Assembly (NCBI RefSeq): GCF_964355755.1
Contig: NC_092678.1
Coordinates: forward strand, 2,620,422-2,684,421
Direction: 5' to 3'
DNA: 64,000 nt
Source of the DNA: Antedon mediterranea
Lineage: Eukaryota > Animalia > Echinodermata
Position numbers and translations under genes: made by a program. The notes below the pieces were generated by a model. That model was not told the DNA's origin, did no database searches, and saw nothing but the letters and a program-made list of their open reading frames with translations. The number at the start of each line of letters is the position of its first letter. The first letter of the stretch is position 1. Below, piece by piece: positions 51,420 to 64,000 of the stretch.

Positions 51420-54400
51420 TTTGTGTGTTAAAAAAATGGATGGCAAAAGAGAAGTTTATCTGCCAAACTTTCTCAAAAGTACCAAAGTTATTTGAAATAA
51501 GACAAGGAGTTAAAGGATGTGGATATTGAAAAACTCCTTGTGAAGTAAAAATCCTCATGTGGTGTTATGGCAGAGTCCAGGTTAGTTCAAACATATATTT
51601 TGTAGACAAACAAGTATTTAGTCTATATTGCTTTGTATAATAATACAATAGACCTACAAATGATTTTTAAAGCAGTGTTGCTGATGTCTATTCACAGGAC
51701 AATACAGGACACAAGACATTTCTGGAACAGCAGACATCAAACTGTCCAGTATTAACATAGTTGAATAATAATATTAGTAATATTTTTTTCTTGGTGTTTT
51801 AGAAGGTCAATCCTGGACATTCTGAAATCTATCGATGAACTGGAAACCAAGCAGCAGATAATGCCTTTCAATGTGGAACATTGAGGATAATGTTGCTATG
51901 ATTTTTCAGACATCAAATATTGCAGAGGTATTGTAAACATTTTGTTGTTGTCATCATAAGATAATGAAATGATGAAAATGTTGCTTAAAAAAATAAACTT
52001 TACTTTTCGTTAATTGTTAATAATAAGTATGATTGGTGAATACAGCTACTGGATTATTATCATTGTTGTTGCTATCGAGTAATAAGTTAAGCATTACTTT
52101 AGTATTATTTTCGATTACAGAGTGAATTCCAGCAATACCATCAACAATTGCATCAAGCTATCTCTATAGCACGAAGTACAGTGGTAACTGCCCAAGACAA
52201 ATCGGTGTAAAAGTGCGTCTTGATAATGGGTTGATGGGATTCATTCAAACAAAAGCTATTAGTGATAAACACACTTATCAGGAATTTATTTACTGTGTGA
52301 ACGAGGTTGGAGTGGATATAAACTAACACACAGTCATTGATGCAGTTTGTGTGTGGACTGGACCCAAGAAAAGCAGGAGCAATTATTAAAGTATGCCTAC
52401 CTAATGCAGAATGCATTTCTCTATAAAATAATTTGTTGAATTATATCTACTCCTACCCTATTATGCTAAATATGATTTTATATTTATTTTATTTATTGTT
52501 TTAATTTACAGACATTGAAATAAGAACACCAAAGGCTTGAGAACCAGAAACTGCCTGTGACAACTTGCAGTTTGGGTCCCAAAGTATTTATGAATCGTGC
52601 TGGTTTTATCAAGATTGATACAGCAAAGATAGGTGAAAGGTAAACATTCAACATAGTTACTTTTATATCAGTTAATCAGGAGATGTGCTTGACCATACAC
52701 ATGTACACCCAAAACATTTGTAAGATGGCAGTGGATGATTTTGAGTATTACAGTCAGCTGTGGACGCTAGTCCTGCAGATGCTTTGAATGAGATTCTTGA
52801 GAAGCTACAGTTGTAGTCTAGCCTTTGTAGCACTTAGAGTACATGGATAGAAACTTGACTACTATCAAGTTATTCTTTCTACCATTTTATATGAATATGT
52901 CATAAATATTTCGTTTTTTTTGTTTACTAGTACTATGGAAACAAAACAATTACTTTGTACGATATCCGTGCAGAATTAACCAATCGATGCAAGGATTTGA
53001 GATCTTTATTCCAAATAGGGACCCCTTAAGAGCGATTCCAGATGTTGACGAAAGAAACACTGGCTAATTTTATATTGGTAAGCTACAGTGAAAAATGTGT
53101 TGTTAATCATCCTCTATTTACCTGGAAACTGAAGAAATTTGAATAAAGAATTTAATTTTATTATTGCAGGAAAATTGGTGGTAGGGCAAGTAAAACAAAT
53201 TGTTCGTCGACTATAGAGTGAATTCCGGCAAAACACTCTCCGACTGTGTCAAGCTATCTCCATAGAACGAAATCTGTGTCAATGTGCGTCTTGATAATGG
53301 GTTCATGGGATTCATTCCAACAAAAGCAATTTGTGATAAACACAATTTATTTACTGTGTGAACGAGGTTGGAGTGGATATATTGATGCAGTTTGTGTGCG
53401 GACTGGGCCGAAGAAAAGCAGACATAATTATTAAGGTATGCCTACCTTACGACGTAAGAAAACCAAAGGCTTGACAACCGGAGACAGCTTGAGATGCATT
53501 TAAGATAATGATTTTAATATTACAATGTTTTAAATTGCAGAATTGCATGTTGAAACAAAATGTAGTTGTAGAAGATGTCACAGCTACCTACTAGAAATTG
53601 TCCAACCAGTTGTGATGAAGATAAAGCCTTCAATGCTGAAATGCAAGTGTTCTTTGATGGTTACGTACACAACATAACTACGTTCAAGTATGTAATGGAT
53701 CCAATATATTTCACATGTCGAGTCCGAGTATTATTATTATGATGTCAATGATGGAACTTTGGTTTTCAGGTACATTTTGAAAGCTTTTTTTAGTCTTACA
53801 TATTTTTATTTTTTGACAAAGTAGGTAATGGTCCAATGAAGAGTGTCAAGTAGTATTCCCCAACCAGACTTGGAAAGTCATAATAAAAATATAATTATAA
53901 TAATTATTTAAGCATGACAAAGCAGCTTCCAGGGGGCGGATCCAGGAGAGTGGCACTTGCTGATATTAATATGTTAGTGCTCCCCCGTTTAATAATATTT
54001 TTAATTTGTGTTTTATCTTTTAGGAGCACAACCTGAAACTTGCACAAAATGTTGAAAATGATGTTGAGTTTGAAGGTAAAAGTTGTGATGATGTGACATT
54101 GATGGTGGTAACTGCCCAAGACAAGAAATCTGTGTCAATGTGCGTCTTGATAATGGGTTGATGGGATTCATTCCAACAAAAGCAATTAGTGATAAACACA
54201 ATTTATTTACCATGTGAACGAGGTTGGAGTGGATATAAACCATACTGTTGAGCATCCTCACACAGTCATTGATGCAGTTTGTGTGCGGACTGGGCCCAAG
54301 AAAAGCAGGTGCAATTATTAAGGTATGCCTACCTAAATGCAGAATGCATGTATTCTCTGTAAATTAATTTGTTGAATTATATCTACTCCTACCCTATTAA

Positions 54401-57400
54401 GCTAAATATGATCTTATATTTATTTTATTTACTGTTTTATTTTGACAGACATTGAAACAAGAAAACCAAAGGCTTGAGAACCGGATTCAGCTTGGCCAAG
54501 TAATACAAATTGCTTGTTGACGTCCATGTGGTTAGGAACTTGATAATGCCAACCCAGTGCGTAAAGATGATACTGGTCTGTGTCCATTCTTTTTACAGGA
54601 CGACTTTCCTGAACTAAGTGAGGTACTTAAGATATTACAATATTGAACAAATATTTGTGTATTTATTTATTTTGCTTTATTTTATTTACATAATAAAGTC
54701 AAGTAGTATTCCCTAACCAGACTTAGAAATTCATAATAAAAAAAAAATTAATTATTTAAGCATGACAAAGCAGCTTCGTTGTATTATGTTTCCAGGGGGC
54801 GGATCCAGGAAAGTGGCACTTGGGTTGCATGCTCTCACTTTTGACGGCTAAAATGTCATTATGAACTACTTTTTGATATTAATATGTTTAGTGCTCCCCC
54901 GTTTAATAATACTTAATATTTTTATTGTGTTTTATCTTTTAGGGGGCACAACCTGAAACTTGCAAAAAAATGTTGAAAATGATGTTGAGGTTGAAGGTAA
55001 AAGTTGTGATGATGTGACATTGATGGTGGTAACTGCCCAAGACAAGAAATCTGTGTCAATGTGCATCTTGATAATGGGTTGATCCTCACACACAGTCATT
55101 GATACAGTTTGTGTGCGGACTGGGCCCAAGAAAAGCAGGCGCAATTATTAAGGTATGCCTATACCTAATGCATAATGCATGTATTCTCTATAAAATAATT
55201 TTCCCTCACCATTTTACTAAATCAACTTCTATTGCTATTTTTAAAAAAATAACTTAAAATGCATCTTTTTAACATCCCATATAAGCGCCTTTGATTTTTA
55301 CTTCGGTTTAGTTGATTCTGCCGCTATACAAATACCTAAATTATTATTAAATTATTATTATTATATCTACTCCTACCCTATTATGCTAAATATGATTTTA
55401 TATTTATTTTATTTACTGTTTTAATTTGACAGACATTGAAACAAGAAAACCTAAGGCTTGAACCGGATTCAGCTTGGCCAAGTAATACAAATTGCTTGTT
55501 AACGTCCATGTGGTTAGGAACTTGATAATGCCAACCCAGTGGGTAAAGATGATACTGGTCTGTGTCCATTCTGTTTACAGGATGACTTTCCTGAACTAAG
55601 TGAGGTACTTAAGATATTACAATATTGAACAAATATTTGTGCAAAGTATCGACATAAATTATTATTGTAGTATGAGAGGAAAAAATAGGGTCTATCAGTC
55701 ATCTTCAGCTTGGATACTAATCTTACCTTGCTATTGTGCAGTGTCCATGTAATATGTGTGTTTTTCTTTATCATGTTTCTAATTTTATTCATTTGATTTT
55801 GTTCAGGTTTTGAGTCATTTTGACGGTGGTAACTGCCCAGGTCAACCAATCGGTGTCAAGTGCGTCTTGATAATGGCTTGGAGGGTTTTATTCCAACAAA
55901 ATCAATTAGTGATAAAGATGTTATAAACCCAGAAGGTAGGTTTAACGAAATTACCATTTGTCTTTTAATTAGTATTTAAAGGACAACTTGACCGAGGACC
56001 ATATTTTAACAACGTATTAGGGATGTACATATGATTTCAGAACAATCGCGCTCGCCGTCAATTGCTGTGACGTCAATGGTGCATCACAATATCTACTTAA
56101 TGAGTTTTCACTGTTGTTAACATACAAGAGATAGTATTGCCATACAATCTTTGGTGTGCAAAATCCGGAGCAAGTATGCATTAGGTGCATGCTTAGTTAA
56201 AAAATAATCACCAACCTAAGAGATGCATTTAAGATAATGATTGTAATATTACAATTTTTTAAATTTCAGAATTGCATGATAGAACAAAATGTAGTTTGTA
56301 AGACGCCACAGCTACCTACTAGAAATTGTCCAACCAGTAAATTAGTGACCCACTATTTTTGTGATGAAGATGAAGCCTTGCAATGCAAGTGTTCGTTGAG
56401 GGTTACGTATACAACATAACTACGTTCAAGTACGTAACGGATCCAATATATTTCACATTTGATGTCAAGTCCGAGTATTATGATGACGTCAATGATGAAA
56501 CTTTTATCAATTCTACTGAGTTTACAGGTTTTACAGGTACATTTTGAAAGCCTTTTTTCAGCCTTACATATTTTATTTTTGACAAAGTAGGTACTGGTTC
56601 AATGAAGGTGATCAAGTAGTATTCCCCAACCAGACTTAGAAATTCATAATAAAAATATAATTATAATTATTTAAGCATGACAAAGCAGCTTTGTTGTATT
56701 ATGTTTCCAGGGGGCGGATCCAGGAGAGTGACACTTGGGTGGCATGCTCCCACTTTTGACGGCTAAAATGTCATTATGAACTACTTTTTGATATTAATTT
56801 TTTTATTGTGTTTTATCTTTAGAGGCACAACCTGAAACTTGCAAAAAAATGTTTAAAATGATGTTGAGGTTGAAGGTAAAAGTTGTGATGGTCTGACATT
56901 GATGGTGGTAACTGCCCAAGACAAGAAATCTGTGTCAATGTGCATCTTGATAATGGGTTGATGGGATTCATTCCAAAAAAGCAATTAGTGATGAACAAAA
57001 TTTATTTACCGTGTGAACGAGTTTGGAGTGGATTTAAACCGTACTGTTGAGCATCCCCACACACAGTCATTGATGCAGTTTGTGTGCAAACTGGGCCCAA
57101 GAAAAGCAGGCGCAATTATTAAGGTATGCCTACCTAATGCATAATGCATGTATTCTCTATAAAATAATTTTCCCTCCCCATTTTACTAAATCAACTTCTA
57201 TTGCTATTTAAAAAAAAAGAACTTAAAATGCATCTTTTTAACAACCAATATAAGCACATTTGATTTTTACTTCAGTTTAGATGAATCTGGTGCAAATACA
57301 AATACCTAAATTATTATTAAATTATTATTATTATATCTACTCCTACCCTATTATGCTAAATATGATTTTATATTTATTTTATTTACTGTTTTAATTTGAC

Positions 57401-57890
57401 AGACATTGAAACAAGAAAACCAAAGGCTTGAGAACTGGATTCAGCTTGGCCAAGTAATACAAATTGCTCGTCGATGTCCACATGGTGGGGAACTTGATAA
57501 TGCCAACCCAGTGCGTAAAGATGATACTGGTCTGTGTCCATTCTGTTTACAGGACGACTTTCCTGAACTAAGTGAGGTACTTAAAATATTACAATATTGA
57601 ACAAATATTTGTGCAAAGTATCTACATAAATTATTATTAGACTTAGAAAGTCATAATAAATTATAATTATTTAAGCAAAGCAGCTTCCAGGGGCGGATCC
57701 AAGAGAGTGTCTCTTGTGTGGCATGCTCCCACATTTGACGGCTAAAATGACATTATGAACTACTTTTTGATATTAAGATGTTTAGTTCTCTCTAATATTT
57801 TAATTTGTGTTTTATCTTTAGGGGCACAACCTGAAACTTGCAAAAAATGTTGAAAATGATGTTGAGGTTGAAGGTCAAAGTTTTGATGGG
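51420..57890 (+). pseudogene. SUPT6H: Scrambled SPT6 exon fragments plus IPT-like exons, copy B
   Basis: Near-identical to 14640-21110. Confidence 0.9.
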
Positions 57891-58699
57891 ACACTGACTG
57901 ATACAATGCTGTACAACTGCACTAGTAGAGTGTGCTCATTTTTTTCAAATTCTACAAATTTATGTCAAGGCAGATGAGGCAGTTAGCTTGTCTGGAGTTT
58001 TGAATTTTCACACAGCTTGTGTAATTTATATTACTAAATATATTTAAAACATCTTTGCTTAATTTATTTTTTACCTCTCGCTGTGGCCCTGTATATAGAA
58101 CATACACTAGATAATCGTTTTTGTTATACTTGATCTTGGATAAGTCTGTTTTACAACTACCGAAATTTGGATTGCTACAAACACAATTAATATATTCTTT
58201 CATTTTTACCTGGTATTGTTTCAAATTAAATCACTAGCCGATATTACCATATGAAATTTAAAAAAAAAAGATATAACTGTAAAAGGTAATTAAAAAGTAT
58301 TGGGTTTATATAATACGGCTCTTGCCGATTTAATAAAATATAAAAGATACAATTACAGAAACGGAGAATTAATTTTAACATCAACTTTAGTGAATGTTGA
58401 TGTTGTCCCTATTAATGCTTTCATTATATAAATAATATCACAATCATTTCCTGCTGCACATCATTTCCTTTTTCGGTCAAAAAAAAAAAATCTGTCAAAA
58501 TTTCAGGGAAAATTATCACATGTACATTTAACCCATTATCTTCTTTGATAACTTAGCTTTAGTGGCCTACTCCTCATTACAGGCAGCTGATTGGCTGGAA
58601 AGGCAATGCAAGCAAAAAGATGTTTCTTTTCTGTCAGAATCTGCTTGGCCTCAATTTTGGATTTCTGACATTTTTCAGAGTGCTTCTTTATCTTTGCTT

Positions 58700-60080
58700 T
58701 CTAAACTAACTTATCTTTGCTAACTAAACAAACGGCTAAATTCATGAAGTCAAAACCTTCAAAATGTTAACAAAGGACATCCATATCATCGCATCTGGTT
58801 TTTGCTGTGCATAAGTGACCACATTACTGATAGTATCAACTTCATATTTACTATGGCTCACCTCCACAAAAGAAGCTTCCTGTGACATACTTTAATCCAA
58901 CCATGAAGGTACTTTTTTATTGCTCCTATGGCTATAAGCCTGCAACTATTGTCCATCAAAGTCTCAAATGCATATCCCTTTTCAGCGCCCTCTACTAAAC
59001 TTAGCATTTTCTTAATGGCATCAGAAGTTGAACTTTTATACGTTTCTTGTTCACGGCTTATTTGGATCCTATAGTACAACATCTCTATACCCTGCATGTA
59101 CTTAGCAACATTTGTTTTCATCATGAATATAAAATTCATAATCCCTGTCCATCAGGTGGTTTTCTTTGGCCCGTACCTCGTAAGTTAAAGTCAACTTTTA
59201 CCATGTCCTTTATATCATTCAATGATGCTATTTTGGCTATTTGACTAATTAATTCAGGATCATATCATGTGAATCCATCTCCTCTTTCGGGAGAAATGTG
59301 GAAATGATTAACCTGATTTGTTCCCCCATGGTTGAGGCCATAATCAGATCGGGATCATAGTTCTGGAACAATGATTCCCATGTTGGATTATTTGGCGTTT
59401 CAAAATTTAAAAAGTGTCCATATACCATTGTAAACGTTAATGCATCATCAGGTTATTGTATTTGTGAAAGATCGAACTTGTAAGAGGCAATTCCTATGTT
59501 TTGAAAGTAGCATGTTCTGATTTGCAAAAGTCCGTCACCTCTGGTGGAAAGAGTTCTGAGGTGAATAGTACCACAGAAGATTTATGATTTAAAAAAATTG
59601 TATTTCCTGTTTTTCTGCATTATCTATCCTACAACATACTGACGTCCAAAACATTTGTAATAGAACCCTTTCTCTTTACCTCTTCCCATAATTGCTGATC
59701 ACTTATGTTACATGGTGACCCAGCATCTATTTTACGCTTTGCCTTCTTCTCCTTTTGCGAAATGTCCTTGTTTCCCACATTTCATTCATTCATTTTTTCT
59801 AACAGTAGCTTGTTCAGGTGAGCAGCAGTGCATCCTTGAATCAATAGATCTCTCAATGGGTTCTGTCTTTCCATTTAGCAGTAAACAATGCCACAGTCTC
59901 TGTTGGACCATTTTATGAAATTTATGATTTTCATATGGTTTTCATTTTCTGTGTAAAATAGTTTTGTGATTGCCCTTTCATACTCATTTTGTTGTTTAGC
60001 CTGATCATCTCCATCTGTAAAGTTGATTTGTTGCAATCTCACCCCTTTGGCATGCAATAATACTGCTTCTTTTGGCGCAT
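58700..60080 (-). mobile_element. Gypsy gag-pol relic, copy B
   Basis: Near-identical to 21950-23330. Confidence 0.75.
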
Positions 60081-60893
60081 TATCTGCTATTCACTTGGTC
60101 CCAATTAAATACATTACCGCCACTGTGTAGATTGTGTTGTCGGCTCCGTGTCCAAGTTTAACCTAGGTAGGTCTATGTCCTCGGTAAACGTAAACATTTC
60201 CTATGTATAAAATAAAACTGCTTATCCTGTATTATTTGCTTATCCTCGCCTTTAGGCACACTTATTCTACTGTGCACATTTTTTGTCAAGAATGGAATTA
60301 TACAATTTCCGAGTGTAATTCTTTCAAATTTTTAATTTTTCTTGTGAATAAATAAAGTTTACATATATAGTTCAAACTATATCACCGAGATTTGGGAGCT
60401 TCTTCTGTCCCATTGGCCCCTTAAAGGTTCATAGTAATAATAGTAATATATACAAGCAAATTTATTTTTTCCGCCACATCCTATTCTGTAATCAACCAAT
60501 AAATTGAAGGCATGAACCTGCCAACACCAGGCTACAGTAAGTTAAGCCTTTTCAAAGTTTATCAACACCATAGTAATAACAACAACAAAAAGGTAGTAAA
60601 TTTAGAGATTGTAAAACTTAGAAAATAAAATTGTTTGTTTTTGTTTAAATGAGGCTGTTAAATTTCTGTAAAATAACTGTATTTTGTTGGAATGTAGAAA
60701 ATTATTGATAAATTGAATGAATTATTGCTGATAAGGGTTTGATTATAATGATGGTAAAAGAATGGAGGTCTCCAAATGTGAGGCACAATAAACTTTGTCT
60801 ACTTTTTCTATCTAAAAAAGATACAGTATATTTGAATGGATATCACACTATATTATTGATATATAATAAATAATATGAAAAGTAGTGTTTTAG

Positions 60894-60945
<52 letters not shown>

Positions 60946-61898
60946 GTATGAGATGTGTAGAAACTCATCTTGTAAAATACATTCCAACAGAAGTTTTATT
61001 ACAGAATGAATCATATGGTACGCCAAAGGTGCAGCATTAAACATGCATTCCCCCTTACTGTTTTATGAATAGTAAATGTAATTAGAGTTCTGTGACTGCA
61101 TCAATCGTTCATAATTATGTTTCATATAAAGTTTCCTGTAGTTATCTTTCAATGCAAATAATAAAGTTCAAATTAAATGAATGGCTTGATGGCCAAATTT
61201 AAATGTTTGCAAAAATGTCTGCTCGGCCATTTGTTCTGGGGTGCTGTAGTAGATCTCGTTGGATAATGTGTGGCCATTAAACATTGAGTTCATGAACGAC
61301 CTTGCAAAATCTATATAATTGAAGTACCATGTATAATCAAATAAATACACCCTAGATATAAACAAAAAATATAACATTTATTCAAAAGTAGGGCGTTTAT
61401 TCAAACAATTTTTTTAAATAATTTTGATATTGAAAATGTGTGTAGTTGGTCGCTTTCTCGTATAGGTGTTTAGCACCTGTTTGGTCTTTCCGTGCCTCCT
61501 TTTATAATTGTTTTTGTCTTCTTATGTTTATGGCAGAAAGTGAATAAATAAAAAATAAAAAAAAAATAATTACGGTAGGGCCTAATCTGAGAAATAAAAT
61601 ACTTGCAACCAATCAAAAATGCGAACGCGAATCCACGGTTACAACCAATCAGAAACGCAAACTCAATCCACGGCTACAACCAATCAGAAACGACTCTGCT
61701 CCTGAGGCTAAAAATTTGACCAAATTGGACTCTCTCAATTCCCCGTTCTCTAGCCAGCCGGCCATGTGTGTGTGGAGCTCGAGCAGTGCAAATGTAAATT
61801 TGACTAGAGCCCTCTATAGTTTTATAAGCTTAGCAACAATATTTTCAACTGTAAACAGTCGACATTAAAAACCCTATTTTTCACCTTTCACAAGTAAA

Positions 61899-63190
61899 AT
61901 GGACAATCCTAGACAAGATGAAGCTAAAGAGTATTTAGAAAAGCACAAGATTCTTGAATTATTTGACAATATCACTGCAAGTTTAGTTTTTCAACGACCA
62001 GGTAAATTTTAGGCCCACTCACTAAATAAATAACTGAAGTCTGACAAGAGGACTGTGCCTGTCTGTAGCCTATGTGGCCTACTCTGACCGAGTGAATGAT
62101 AGCTAGGCTAGGCTAGGCCTAGGCTTACTAGCGCCGGCCTAGCCTACAGAATATCTAGTACTTATTAGTGGCATAGCATCAGTCAGAAGTCATCTACTAC
62201 TAGGCCTAAGCTTAGGCCCTACTAGTCTTACGCATACCCAGCCTAAACAATTTAATTCACAATAATCTTACATTTTGACAGTCTTTGACTTTTGTTTGTT
62301 TTTTAACAAAGAAAATCCAAAAGAATTTATGATACAAGAGATAAAACAATTAAAAGAAGCAAGAACAACCCAGATGGACTACCCATGTTTATTTGATGAC
62401 AGTAACATCATGTCGGTGTATGGCATGCTGGACCCAACAAAAAAGGGTTTCATCACTCTTACACAGTATAAAGAAGGTAAGGTATTTTATTAGTTAGGCA
62501 CCACATTTTAAAGTTGAAAGAAGAAATGCTCTCTTAACCTTTGACCCTTTTCTTTATTCCTAAAAATTTGATTTGTTTCAGCATTGACTGCTTTAGGATG
62601 CAAGACCTTTGACCCGTGTCCTGTTGGTATGGAATTTGATCGCATCTCTCAAGATACCTTTACAAGAGAAGCGTAAGTATATTTAACAAGGAAGTAATCT
62701 ACATTAAACTGCTGTTATAATTTGGTTATAACTTAAGCAGTACTAATGCACTTGTCAATTGTATGACCCACTATACGACCCCCGGGAGAGGTGCGTCATT
62801 TGTCCGATGTGCGTCATACTTTTGAATACCATGACGCACCCGTGCATCAAAAAGGTGACTTACCTTTAGGTGACCATGGCGCACCTATTTTGACGCACTG
62901 TGACCATGTTGTTTATATGGTGGGTGGTAAAGTGACGGACATTGACACACCTTGTTCATTGATGTGACGTACCATCTAGGTTTTTTTGACGCACCCCTGT
63001 GTCAGTAATTATTTGTAAATGACGCACCCATGACGCACCTCTCCCGGGGGTCGTATAGTGGGTCATACAATTGACAAGTGCATAAAAGTATGATGATATC
63101 AAATTATAATTATTATACTTATATTCTTTTTTTTTTCATACTAGGAAAATGGGATTAAAGAGATCATCAGCTACAGTTGCACCTTTGTAA
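61899..63190 (+). CDS. EFCAB10: EFCAB10 second copy, 134 aa; exons 61899-62001, 62312-62476, 62582-62672, 63145-63190
   Basis: Intact ORF and splice sites; the only difference noticed from copy A is E2D. Confidence 0.93.
62747..63082. mobile_element. 336-bp MITE in EFCAB10 intron 3, copy B
   Basis: Same TIRs and TAA duplication; the insertion predates the segmental duplication. Confidence 0.9.
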
Positions 63191-64000
63191 TTTTATATTT
63201 AAAACTTAGACTTGGCACTCCATACTTAACAATACTTGTCACTCCATACTTAACAATATATGGCACTCCATACTTAACAATACTTGGTACTCAATACTTA
63301 ACAATACTCGGTACTCCATACTTTGTGAAGCAAAGAGAATTGTAGGAAATATCACTGCTAAATCTTATTTGCTGATTTGTAATGCCAGAAAATGTAATAA
63401 TAATAATTTATTATGAAATATGTCACTCTCGGCCTGAAAATAATGTAATATATTTGTTTTTGTAAATAAAATATTATTGAATCTTTAGTTTTGTATTTTT
63501 TAACATGTATCCACATGACTAAAACTGCTATATATATTCAGGGGCAGGTTGATGCTTTTTTTAATGTTTCAATAGGAAATATTCTATTTATTCTATAAGG
63601 AATTTTTTTTTGCAAAATAATCCTTATATAATGGTGTACTGTAATTATAGACAAGGGAACACATTTTCTCTACACTGTGTTTTGGTTTTGGTTTGAGATA
63701 TATTCTTTGCGATCTAGCCTTCGGCTATAATATAACATTTTTGGTTTTATGACAATTAAAATAATTGTCATAGCGCCCTCTATTTATGAACACAGCACAG
63801 TTATATGGACGGTGCATTGTAAAGTGGACAAAACATTTCCCTTGGGAAAATAAAGTCTAATACATACTTTATACATGCAGTTAGTAATGTGGAATTATTG
63901 TTAATAAATTATAATGAAAGCCACTTGTGTTTTTAATATAATATTACAGAAGAAATACACAAATTGCATTCCCCAGATATTAATTATATGATCAATAAAA

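Larger units (their letters stand above)
36234..63825 (+). repeat. Segmental duplication, copy B
   Basis: Colinear with 673-27164. Confidence 0.95.

Noticed and set aside
673-63825. Giant LTR element or single transposon with the two blocks as terminal repeats
   Set aside because: 27-kb repeats containing a host gene, no TG...CA ends or target duplication, and no intact transposition genes in the spacer

Overview
AT-rich eukaryotic (metazoan, probably invertebrate) genomic DNA with spliceosomal introns, not a prokaryotic window. A block of about 26.5-27.6 kb is present twice in direct orientation (about 673-27164 and 36234-63825), separated by a 9 kb unique spacer. Each copy carries: (i) an intact 4-exon EFCAB10 gene; (ii) a scrambled, amplified pile of unprocessed SPT6 exons mixed with an IPT/plexin-like exon; (iii) Gypsy and LINE relics; (iv) mini- and macrosatellites; (v) a long inverted repeat whose transition mismatches are almost all G-U compatible on the + strand, a candidate hairpin-RNA (endo-siRNA) locus; (vi) minus-strand decayed paralogs of an orphan gene. 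The spacer holds the one intact member of that orphan family, a 2-exon gene for a 277-aa Arg/Pro-rich, probably nuclear protein behind a CCAAT x5/E2F-like promoter. It also holds an isolated DDX20 exon near a Helitron-like 3' hairpin, LINE ends, a tRNA-derived SINE and self-nested MITEs. All homology calls are by eye and from memory; no searches were run.
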